Shown: positions 31,791 to 40,293 of the stretch, one piece after another
How the letters are laid out: every line of letters begins with the position of its first letter
How positions within the stretch are numbered: position 1 is the stretch's first letter
From: an uncultured Candidatus Rokubacteria bacterium
Lineage (GTDB): Bacteria > Methylomirabilota > Methylomirabilia > Rokubacteriales > CSP1-6
Assembly: GCA_963771355.1 (NCBI GenBank)
Contig: CAVYTA010000005.1
Location: forward strand, 64,001-128,000
Direction of reading: 5' to 3'
Length of the DNA: 64,000 bases
Translations under genes and position numbers: made by a program
Notes under the pieces: model-generated
What the model was told of the DNA's origin: nothing
The model's database searches: none
The model's input: the letters and a program-made list of their open reading frames with translations, nothing else

Positions 31791-33026
31791 CTACAGTTGA
31801 TCGCGCATTGGCAGCAGGGGGAGATAGAAGAGACGGCTGAGCCCTTGCTTCATATCGTCGTCGGAGAGCCGGCGCGAGAGCTTGAGATCCTCCCGGAAGA
31901 CGTCGGAGAGACGACGCGCGATACCGGGGTCGAGGAAGACAAGGTTGAGCTCGGCGTTCAACGCGAACGAGCGGTTGTCCAGATTGGCGCTCCCGATACT
32001 CGACCACCGGCCGTCGATGACCATGGTCTTCGCGTGCAGGAGGGCCGGTGCGTACTCGTAGATCTTCACCCCTGCCTTGCTGGCGCGTGGGAAATGCGTC
32101 TGGCTCGACAGGCGTACCAGGCGGTCCAGGAGACCCTGCGTCACGCCCGCGGTGATGATCGACACGTCGACTCCGCGCTGCGCCGCCCGGACGAGAGCGT
32201 CCATCATGGCCTCATCCGGTACGAAGTAGGGGTTGGTCAGGTAGATCGACGAGCGCGCCCCATCGATGGCGAGCAGGAAGAGCAGGTAGGCTTCCGCGGC
32301 GCCGCTTGCCGGCGAGCTCTTCACCGACTGGATGGCCAGAGCGCCCCGCCGCCGAGACTCGGGGAAGTAGGTGTCGCCGCCGAGCAGGATTCCGGTGGCC
32401 TCCCGCCAGTTTTCGGCGAACGCGGACTGCAGGAAGCGCACGATCGGCCCTTCCACCCGTACGTCGGTCTGTCTCCAGTGCTTGGGCTGCCGTCCGTCAC
32501 CCGTCCATTGCTCACCCACGCCGGTTCCGCCCGTGAATCCGACCCGGCCGTCGACCACGAGGATGCGGCGGTGGTTCCGGTGATTGATGCGCTTGATGGC
32601 CAGCGGATTGAGCGAGTTGTACTTCGCCGCCTGACAGCCCGCGTCTTCGAGCATCGTCCAGTACTGCCGCGGCATGTGACTCGAGCCGACCGCATCGACC
32701 AGCACGTTGACGCTCACGCCGGCTCGACACCGCTCGGCCAGTGCTGCCGCCAGCTCCCCGGAAATGTCGCCGTCCTCGTAGATGAAGTTGGCGAAGGTGA
32801 TGGTGGACTTCGCGCTCCGGATCGCGGCGAGCATCGCCGGAAAGATCTCGTTACCGTTCAACAGGACCTGGGCGCGATTGCCGGGAACGGGCGTCGAAAG
32901 CGTATGGGCTTCGAGCGTCCGGACGAAGGCCGGCTCTCCGACGCGCACGTCGGGGGTGGCGTACTGCGGTCGAGTCAGCGTGCATCCCGCGAGCAGGATG
33001 GTCAGTCCGATGGCGAATACGCTCAT
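31791..33026 (-). CDS. Phospholipase D / cardiolipin synthase-like lipoprotein
   Basis: LLAGC lipobox; NHRRILVVDG and LHAKTMVIDG; GSANLD. Confidence 0.88.
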   Translation of the reverse strand: MSVFAIGLTILLAGCTLTRPQYATPDVRVGEPAFVRTLEAHTLSTPVPGNRAQVLLNGNEIFPAMLAAIRSAKSTITFANFIYEDGDISGELAAALAERCRAGVSVNVLVDAVGSSHMPRQYWTMLEDAGCQAAKYNSLNPLAIKRINHRNHRRILVVDGRVGFTGGTGVGEQWTGDGRQPKHWRQTDVRVEGPIVRFLQSAFAENWREATGILLGGDTYFPESRRRGALAIQSVKSSPASGAAEAYLLFLLAIDGARSSIYLTNPYFVPDEAMMDALVRAAQRGVDVSIITAGVTQGLLDRLVRLSSQTHFPRASKAGVKIYEYAPALLHAKTMVIDGRWSSIGSANLDNRSFALNAELNLVFLDPGIARRLSDVFREDLKLSRRLSDDDMKQGLSRLFYLPLLPMRDQL

Positions 33027-33189
33027 GGCTCGTCGACCCATGGCTGCCGACACTGCAGCCGACGTGCCAGCGCGCTCAGACACTCGTAATGTCTGATGTC
33101 CGGTTGGATGGGGGAAAAAGTTTACCGAACACTATCAGGTAGGAATGACGCGATGCAAGCGGAAGAAGTTTCCAGGACGCGGGCGGACG

Positions 33190-33228
33190 TCACACTGCCG
33201 GCACCGTGCCGCCGTCGATCACGTATTC
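33190..33228 (-). pseudogene. SDR C-terminal scar (EYVIDGGTVPAV*)
   Basis: 13 codons matching the end of the SDR at 63694 (EYAIDGGTVPVV*). Confidence 0.65.
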
Positions 33229-34900
33229 AGGACCGCAGCACCTGGCCCGCGGCCGCCCCGGTGAGCTTTCCGTCCGCCCAGGTCACCGCGCCGTTGACGA
33301 CCGTGTACTCGACGCCGCGCGACGGCATGACCATCCGCTTGGCGCCGCCGGGCAGGTCGAACCGCCGCTCGCCACGATTGGTCGAGCCGACCCGGCCCGC
33401 GTCGAAGATGGCCAGGTCCGCGGCGAGACCGGGGGCGAGCCGGCCACGGTCGCGGACCCCGAATACCTCGGCCGGATCCGAAGTGAGCCGCCGCACGCCT
33501 TCCTCCAGCGTCAGCGCCTGGCGCTCGCGCACCCACGTGCCCAGCAGGTAGGTCGGGTAGCCTGCGTCGCACAGCATGTCGACATGGGCGCCGCCGTCAC
33601 CCAGCGCCACCAGCACACTCTTGTCGTTCAGGATCTCCGTCATCCGGTCGACCCGCGTGTTGAAGGAGGCCATGGTGAATTCGACCTCGAGGTCGTCCTG
33701 GAGGGTCAGGTCCAGGAAGGTGTCGACGCCGTCCTTGCCCTGCTCGCGGGCGAGATCCGCGATCGAGCGGCCCTCGAGCGCTTTGAGGGCCGGCGACCTG
33801 ACCTCGTGCACGTTGATGCGCGCCCAGTTGCCGAAGGCCATCGGCTGCTTCAGCTCCTCGCGGAACTGGTTGCGGAAGGCGACATCGGCGTAGACCGCCG
33901 CCTGGGCCGGCTTCGACTTGTCGACGAACACCCGGTTCCAGCTCGGGAAGGCGGCGAAGGAGAACGGGTTGCGCATGTTGATGTCGCGGGTCAGGGGCAG
34001 GGGCGAGGTCTGGGGCCGTGCGCCGCGCGCGATCAACGGCGCGGCCTTTCGCAACGTCTCGCGCACCGCCTCCGGGATGTCGTCGCGATCGAAGAGGGCC
34101 AGAAAGGTGACGTGCTGGCCGCTCTCGCGCAGCAGGAAGTCGAGCAGCTCGTACTCCTCGTCGTCCATCACCGCGATCTTGCGGGTCAAGGCGATCTCGA
34201 TGGCGCCCTTGCCGCGCTCCTTCAGCGCGTTCGCGTAGGCCTTGAGCTCGTCGCGGCTGGCGTTGCGGCAGGCGAGCGGGCGACCCTGGAAGCCGACGTG
34301 CTGGTTGAGGATGGTGGTCGAGAAGCCGAAGGCGCCGGCGTCGATTGCCTCGCCGAGCAGCGCCTTGATCTGCGCCGTCTCGTCGGGGGTGGCGGCGCGC
34401 TCTATCGACGCCTCCCCCATCACGTAGTGGCGGAACGGGGTCAGGGGCGCCAGGAAGCCGAGATTGAGCGAGGGTTTCCGCCGTGCCGCGGCCTCGAGGA
34501 ATTCGGGGAAGGTCTCCCAGTCCCAGGTGATGCCCATGTTGAGGACGTCGAACGGAATCGCTTCGACGTTGACCAGGTCCCGCATGGCGACCTCGCGCGC
34601 CTTGGGCTTGCACGGCGCGATGCCGACCCCGCAGTTTCCCATGATGACGCTGGTGACCCCGTGCCACGATGAGGGTGTCACCGCGCCATCCCAGCAGATC
34701 TGGGCATCATAGTGGGTGTGCGGATCGATGAAGCCGGGCGCGACCACGAGATCGCTGGCATCGATGACGGTGGCGGCGCCCTCGGTCACCCGGCCGATCT
34801 CGGCGATCTTGCCGTCCGCCACCGCCACGTCGGCCCGCCGAGCCGCTGCGCCGGTGCCGTCCACCAGCATGCCGTTTCTGATCACCAGATCGTAGGCCAT
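33227..34900 (-). CDS. N-acyl-D-amino-acid deacylase family amidohydrolase
   Basis: PGFIDPHTHYD, GNCG, DGGAH, RGRLAPGLAAD. Confidence 0.9.
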   Translation of the reverse strand: MAYDLVIRNGMLVDGTGAAARRADVAVADGKIAEIGRVTEGAATVIDASDLVVAPGFIDPHTHYDAQICWDGAVTPSSWHGVTSVIMGNCGVGIAPCKPKAREVAMRDLVNVEAIPFDVLNMGITWDWETFPEFLEAAARRKPSLNLGFLAPLTPFRHYVMGEASIERAATPDETAQIKALLGEAIDAGAFGFSTTILNQHVGFQGRPLACRNASRDELKAYANALKERGKGAIEIALTRKIAVMDDEEYELLDFLLRESGQHVTFLALFDRDDIPEAVRETLRKAAPLIARGARPQTSPLPLTRDINMRNPFSFAAFPSWNRVFVDKSKPAQAAVYADVAFRNQFREELKQPMAFGNWARINVHEVRSPALKALEGRSIADLAREQGKDGVDTFLDLTLQDDLEVEFTMASFNTRVDRMTEILNDKSVLVALGDGGAHVDMLCDAGYPTYLLGTWVRERQALTLEEGVRRLTSDPAEVFGVRDRGRLAPGLAADLAIFDAGRVGSTNRGERRFDLPGGAKRMVMPSRGVEYTVVNGAVTWADGKLTGAAAGQVLRS

Positions 34901-34926
34901 GGCTTCCTCCTGTGCATGCGGGCGAG

Positions 34927-34992
34927 ATCGTACCATACGGCCCTCGCCGCCGCTGGCGCCGGCTTGACCGTCTGGTGGCGGCTGGATAGGAT
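34927..34992. promoter_or_regulatory. Divergent promoters: TGGTACGAT (-) and TTGACC-N17-TAGGAT (+)
   Basis: Extended -10 at 34935-34927; -35 at 34964-34969 and -10 at 34987-34992. Confidence 0.6.
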
Positions 34993-35020
34993 CTGCCTCG
35001 CGGAGGGGAGCCCATAGCCC

Positions 35021-36514
35021 ATGGCAGTGCGCGAGAGCGGCCGGCGAGTGGATGGCGAGTTCGCGGTGGTGATCCGCGGCGGGCGTGTGGTCGATCCCGC
35101 TCAGGGAATCGACACGCCGCGGGACGTCGCCATCGAGGACGGCGTGGTGGCCGCCGTCGGCACGAATCTGCGCGGGCGCGCCGTGCTCCCGGCCGAGGGC
35201 TGTGTGGTCGCGCCCGGCTTCATCGACCTGCACAGCCACGCGCAGAGCGTGGGCGGGCACCGGCTCCAGGCCTTCGACGGCGTCACCACCACGCTCGAGC
35301 TCGAGGCGGGCGCGATCCCGGTGGCGGAGGCGTATGCCCGGGCGGCCGCGGAGGGCCGGCCCTTGAACTTCGGCTACTCCGCGTCCTGGGCCGCCGCCCG
35401 GATACAGGTGCTCGCCGGGCACCGCGGCGACGGGCGGGCGACGACCATGCTCTCGCATTTCGCGAACCCCGCCTGGCAGCGGGAAGCCACCGCCGCCGAG
35501 GAAGACCGCATCGTCGGCCTCCTGGAGACCGAGCTGGCGGGAGGCGGCCTCGGCATCGGCGTGCTGGTGGGCTACGCGCCGGGGACGAGCCCCGCCGAAT
35601 ACCTGCGGGTGGCGCGTCTCGCCGCGTCGAGCCGGGTGCCGACCTTCACGCATGTGCGGGATCTCGTCGCCTTCGCGCCCACCACGCGCATGGACGGCGC
35701 CGAGGAGCTGGTGCGCGCCGCCGCCGAGACGGGCGCCCACATGCACTACTGCCACGTGAACAGCACCTCGCTGCGCCACGTCGACCGGGTCCTCGGTCTC
35801 GTCGATCGGGTGCGCCGCGAGGGCGCGACCGTTACCACCGAGGCCTATCCCTACGGCGCCGGGAGCACCGCGATCGGGGCGGCGTTCCTCTCGCCCGAGC
35901 GGCTCCCCGAGCGGGGCCTCCGGCCCACCGACCTCCTCTATGTGCCCACCAACGAGCGAGTGCGCGACGCCGAGCACCTCAATCGCCTGCGCGCCGACGA
36001 TCCGGGCGGGCTCTGCATCGTCCACTTCCTCGACGAGACGAACGCAGGTGACGCGGCGGTGATGCGCGCCGCCCTGAGCCACGCGGACACCATGGTGGCC
36101 AGCGATGCCATGCCCTTGACCTGGCTCGGAGCCCCCGCCGACGAGACGTGGCCGCTGCCGCCGAGCGCGCTCACGCACCCGCGCACGGCAGGAACCTTCG
36201 CCCGCTCCTTCCGGAGGCTGGTCGGCGACGGCGGCCTGAGCGTCGCCGAGTTCGTCCGGCGCGCGAGCCTGCTTCCCGCGGAGGTGCTCAAGGTGGCCAG
36301 CGGCGGCGCCGCGCGCAAGGGCACGCTCGCGGTGGGAGCGGACGCGGACGTCGTGGTGTTCGCGCCGGATGCGTTCCGCGACCAGGCGACCTACGAGGCG
36401 TCCACCCGGCCGTCCGCGGGAGTGCGGCACCTTCTGGTCGGCGGCGCGCCGGTGATTCGCGACGGCGCGCTGCTGCTCGATGCGCGGCCGGGTCGCCCCG
36501 CGCGGAAGGCGTAG
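35021..36514 (+). CDS. Amidohydrolase (D-glutamate deacylase-like)
   Basis: PGFIDLHSH, TEAYPY, ASDA, HPRTAGTF, KGTLAVGADAD. Confidence 0.88.
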   Translation: MAVRESGRRVDGEFAVVIRGGRVVDPAQGIDTPRDVAIEDGVVAAVGTNLRGRAVLPAEGCVVAPGFIDLHSHAQSVGGHRLQAFDGVTTTLELEAGAIPVAEAYARAAAEGRPLNFGYSASWAAARIQVLAGHRGDGRATTMLSHFANPAWQREATAAEEDRIVGLLETELAGGGLGIGVLVGYAPGTSPAEYLRVARLAASSRVPTFTHVRDLVAFAPTTRMDGAEELVRAAAETGAHMHYCHVNSTSLRHVDRVLGLVDRVRREGATVTTEAYPYGAGSTAIGAAFLSPERLPERGLRPTDLLYVPTNERVRDAEHLNRLRADDPGGLCIVHFLDETNAGDAAVMRAALSHADTMVASDAMPLTWLGAPADETWPLPPSALTHPRTAGTFARSFRRLVGDGGLSVAEFVRRASLLPAEVLKVASGGAARKGTLAVGADADVVVFAPDAFRDQATYEASTRPSAGVRHLLVGGAPVIRDGALLLDARPGRPARKA

Positions 36515-36613
36515 CGTCCGGGCGAGTGCTACCCCGCCCGCCGGTATCACCGAAGCTGTTCCGCGTTGACGGGTGCGGTTCTGAACGCTCGATACGACGA
36601 GGGAGGTGCCATC

Positions 36614-37639
36614 GTGCCATTCGGAGGGAATGACTGGCTCGCGTTGACCCGGGAATCGGCGCTGGAGCCGGCGATGCCCATTTGCGATCCCCACCACCAC
36701 TTCTGGGACTTCCGCACCGAGCGCATTCCCTATCAGCGGTATTTGCTCGACGAGCTCGCCGCCGACATCCACAGCGGCCACGACGTGCGCTCCACGGTGT
36801 TCGTCGAGGCGCGGGCGATGTACCGCGCCGGCGGCCCGGAGGAGATGCGTCCGGTGGGGGAGGTCGAATTCGTCCAGGGACTGGCCGCGGCGAGCGCCAG
36901 CGAGCTCTACGGGCCTGGTCGAGCCGCCGCCGCCATCGTCGGTCACGCCAACCTGAACCTGGGGGCGCGCGTGGCTCCGGTGCTCGAGGCATTGCAGGCG
37001 GCGAGCCCCAACCGGTTTCGGGGCATCCGCCATTCCGTGACGTGGGATCCCCACCCGGCGGTGGAGAACACCGCCGCGCACAAGATCGAGGGGCAGCTGG
37101 CGAGCGACGAGTTCCGCGCCGGCGCGCGGGTGCTGGCGCGGATGGGGCTGTCGTTCGACGCGTGGCTCTATTTTCCGCAGCTTCCCGAGCTGGCGGCGTT
37201 CGCCAAGGCCGTTCCGGACCTGCCGATCATCCTGAATCATATCGGCGGTCTCCTGCGGGTCGGCCCCTATGCCAACCGAGACGAGGAGGTGCTCGCCACC
37301 TGGCGCCGCGGGATCGCGGCGGTAGCCGCGTGCCCCAACATCTACGTCAAGCTCGGTGGCGTCGGCATGCCCCGCACCGGGTTTGACTGGCATGCCCGGA
37401 GCAAGCCCATCGGCTCGGAAGAGCTGGCGGGGTCAATGGCTCCCTTCATGACCTACTGCATCGAGCAGTTCGGGCCCACCCGCTGCATGTTCGAAAGCAA
37501 CTTCCCCGTCGACAAGGTCGCGTACTCGTACCACGTGATGTACAACGCCTTCAAGCGATTGACGAAGGGCTACTCCGCTTCCGACCGCGCCGCGATGTTC
37601 CACGACACGGCGGCTCGCGTTTATCGGATCGCCGTCTAA
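36614..37639 (+). CDS. Amidohydrolase_2 family protein
   Basis: CDPHHHFW, RFRGIR, LNHIG, FESNFPVD. Confidence 0.9.
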   Translation: MPFGGNDWLALTRESALEPAMPICDPHHHFWDFRTERIPYQRYLLDELAADIHSGHDVRSTVFVEARAMYRAGGPEEMRPVGEVEFVQGLAAASASELYGPGRAAAAIVGHANLNLGARVAPVLEALQAASPNRFRGIRHSVTWDPHPAVENTAAHKIEGQLASDEFRAGARVLARMGLSFDAWLYFPQLPELAAFAKAVPDLPIILNHIGGLLRVGPYANRDEEVLATWRRGIAAVAACPNIYVKLGGVGMPRTGFDWHARSKPIGSEELAGSMAPFMTYCIEQFGPTRCMFESNFPVDKVAYSYHVMYNAFKRLTKGYSASDRAAMFHDTAARVYRIAV

Positions 37640-37673
37640 CGATTTGATGCGCGAGCAACTCGAGGAGGCCGCA

Positions 37674-38006
37674 ATGTCAAAATTGTCCGAATGCCTGCTG
37701 ATCGTAACCGCCGAAGTCGACGCGGCGGTCGAGGCGGAGTGGAATCACTGGTACGACGCGGTTCACCTGCCGGACGCGCTGAAGTGTCCGGGGGTGAGAA
37801 GTGGGCGACGGTATGTGTCGTCTGGCGAGATATCAGAGACTACCCGCGGCAAGACCGAACGGACCACGAAACGGATTTACACGACGATCTACGAGCTCGA
37901 CAGCCCGAGTGCCACCGGCACGCCGGAGTTCCAGGCCATGCGGGGCTGGTACCAGTTCGCCCCGCATGTCCGCTCGCGCACACAGACCATCGTCCCGGTG
38001 GGTTGA
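37674..38006 (+). CDS. Small EthD/DUF4286-like dimeric alpha-beta barrel protein
   Basis: EWNHWYDAVHLPD...PGVRSGRRY...YTTIYELDS. Confidence 0.7.
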   Translation: MSKLSECLLIVTAEVDAAVEAEWNHWYDAVHLPDALKCPGVRSGRRYVSSGEISETTRGKTERTTKRIYTTIYELDSPSATGTPEFQAMRGWYQFAPHVRSRTQTIVPVG

Positions 38007-38038
38007 TCGACCCCGGGCAAGGGTCACGACACCGGCGT

Positions 38039-38962
38039 CTACTCAGTCCTCCGCGGCCCCACCGAGAAGGGGCCGACCACGGGCCCGCTCCCGGCCACCG
38101 TGGTCCGTCGCAGAACCCGGCGGTACTGGGTGTAGTCGTAGGGGATGGCGCGATGCATGAGACAGCGGTTGTCCCACATCACCAGATCCCGGGGACGCCA
38201 CCGATGGAAGTAGCAGAAGCGCGGCTCGCTGACATGCTCGCGCAGCCAGTCATGCAGCTGCTGGCCTTCCTCGAGCGTTCCGCCGCCGATCTCGCGCGAC
38301 GTGTTGCAGGTGAAGTAGAGGGAGCGCTGGTTGCCCCGATCGGGGTGCACGCGGATCAGGGGGTGGGTCACCGGCGGGAAGGCGTCGCGCTCGGCCGCGG
38401 TGGTGGGGGGCATCTCGGGCTCCAGCCGCCGGATGCCTTCGTAGCTGTGAACCATGTGGAGGGGCTCGAGACGGCGCTTCATGTCGTCGGGCAACGCGTC
38501 GTAGGCCAGGAGCATGTTCGAGAAGCCGGTCTCGCCGCCCTCGGCGCCCTCCGGCAGCACCTCGATGCCGTAGAGGATGGAGGCCAGCGACGGGACGAAG
38601 CGATACGAGCTGTCCGTGTGCCACCGCGCATTGTTACGCTGGAAGATGACCCGGGGGTCCTCCGCGGGCAGGTGCACGCCCTCGGGCGAGACGTTGGCGA
38701 CGTTGTAGACCTCGACCTTCCCCCGCGTCTTGTCCTTCTCGGGGAACCCCTCGAGGGGACCGAACTGGAGCGAAAAGGCCATGAGCTCGTCGTCGGTGAG
38801 GTGCTGGTCGCGGAAGCACAGCAGATGGTGCTCCTGGAACGCATCGCGAACGCGCGTCACCGTCGCGGCGTCGAGCGGTTGCGCCAGGTCGATTCCCACC
38901 ACCTCGGCGCCCAGCGCGGGCGACAGGCGGTGAATGGTCGCGTCGGTCAACACTCGAGCCAT
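38039..38962 (-). CDS. TauD/TfdA family 2OG-Fe(II) dioxygenase
   Basis: WHTDSSY, HPLIRVHP, WDNRCLMHR, LRRTT. Confidence 0.93.
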   Translation of the reverse strand: MARVLTDATIHRLSPALGAEVVGIDLAQPLDAATVTRVRDAFQEHHLLCFRDQHLTDDELMAFSLQFGPLEGFPEKDKTRGKVEVYNVANVSPEGVHLPAEDPRVIFQRNNARWHTDSSYRFVPSLASILYGIEVLPEGAEGGETGFSNMLLAYDALPDDMKRRLEPLHMVHSYEGIRRLEPEMPPTTAAERDAFPPVTHPLIRVHPDRGNQRSLYFTCNTSREIGGGTLEEGQQLHDWLREHVSEPRFCYFHRWRPRDLVMWDNRCLMHRAIPYDYTQYRRVLRRTTVAGSGPVVGPFSVGPRRTE

Positions 38963-39103
38963 ATCGTTCCTCCCGTGTCGGTCGTGGTGCCGGCGATTGT
39001 CCCACGATTGCGGTCTCGCGGCCAGACGAGGAGTCGTGGCATCGCGAGTCGGGAGATCGGATAGTCTGTATCCGACCGCTTGCGGAGATCAAGGAGAAAC
39101 GTC

Positions 39104-40276
39104 ATGCCCATGGACTCTGTGAACGAGCCGGATCGTGTCACCGATCCGAGCTCTCCCGTTCGTGACGAGCGGTCCTCTGCGACGGCCGAGCCCCTCGAGG
39201 CCGGGCCGGCCTTGTGCCTCTCCGGCGGGGGATACCGGGCGATGGTGTTCCACGTGGGCGTGCTCTGGCGTCTCAACGAGGCGCGCTACCTGCCGCGCCT
39301 GGCTCGCATCTCCAGTGTCTCGGGCGGGTCGATCACGGCCGGCGTCCTCGCCCTGCACTGGAAGGACCTGGCGTTCGATGCGGGCATCGCCAAGGCGTTC
39401 CAGGAGCAGGTCGTGGGCCCGATTCGGGACCTCGCCGGCCGGACGCTCGACGCCAAGTCGATCCTCGGAGGGCTGCTCCTGCCGGGCAGCATCGGTGAAA
39501 AGGTGGCGGCCGCCTACGACCGGCACCTCTTTCACGGGGCCACGCTTCAGGACCTGCCCGACACGCCGCGCTTCGTCATCAACGCCACCAACGTCCAGTC
39601 CGGCGCCCTGTGGCGATTCTCGAAGCCGTTCATGGCCGACTACCGGGTGGGACGAGTGGACGGACCCACGCTCCCGCTCGCTCTCGCCGTCGCCGCCTCC
39701 TCCGCGTTTCCCCCCGTCCTTTCACCCGTCGAGCTCGAGCTCGAGCCAGGCCAGGTACGCGCGCAGCCGGGCAATGATTTGTGTCGCGCCCCCTACACGA
39801 CCCACGTGGTGCTCACCGACGGCGGTGTCTATGACAACATGGGGCTCGAAACCGTCTGGAAGCGCTATCAGACGGTGCTGGTGAGCGACGCCGGCGGCAA
39901 GACTCAGCCAGAAGACGAGCCCGGGGAGGACTGGGCGCGGCACTCCCTGCGCGTCCTCAACCTGGTCGACAACCAGGTCCGGAGTCTTCGCAAGCGCCAG
40001 GTCATCGCGGCGTTCAAGGATGGAACGCGTCAGGGGGCGTACTGGGGCATTCGCACCGACATTGACGACTATCAGCTTGCCTCCGCATTCCCGGGCCCCT
40101 TCGCGAGGACCCTCGAGCTGGCCAACCTGCCGACGCGGCTCCAGCGCATGGAGCCCGAGATCCAGGAGCGCCTCATCAACTGGGGCTTCGCGGTCTGTGA
40201 TGCCGCGCTCCGCCGCCACGTGGAACCGGGGCTGCCGAAGCCGGATGGCCTGCCGTACCCCGCGCGAGGGATTTGA
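39104..40276 (+). CDS. Patatin-like phospholipase
   Basis: LSGGGYRA oxyanion hole, SSVSGG nucleophile, DGGVYDN. Confidence 0.9.
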   Translation: MPMDSVNEPDRVTDPSSPVRDERSSATAEPLEAGPALCLSGGGYRAMVFHVGVLWRLNEARYLPRLARISSVSGGSITAGVLALHWKDLAFDAGIAKAFQEQVVGPIRDLAGRTLDAKSILGGLLLPGSIGEKVAAAYDRHLFHGATLQDLPDTPRFVINATNVQSGALWRFSKPFMADYRVGRVDGPTLPLALAVAASSAFPPVLSPVELELEPGQVRAQPGNDLCRAPYTTHVVLTDGGVYDNMGLETVWKRYQTVLVSDAGGKTQPEDEPGEDWARHSLRVLNLVDNQVRSLRKRQVIAAFKDGTRQGAYWGIRTDIDDYQLASAFPGPFARTLELANLPTRLQRMEPEIQERLINWGFAVCDAALRRHVEPGLPKPDGLPYPARGI

Positions 40277-40293
40277 CCTGGAGGATGAGACCC

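Noticed and set aside
33227..37393. 1388-aa ORF
   Set aside because: Only the last 557 aa (from 34900) are the deacylase; the rest is the antisense shadow of two plus-strand genes in high-GC DNA
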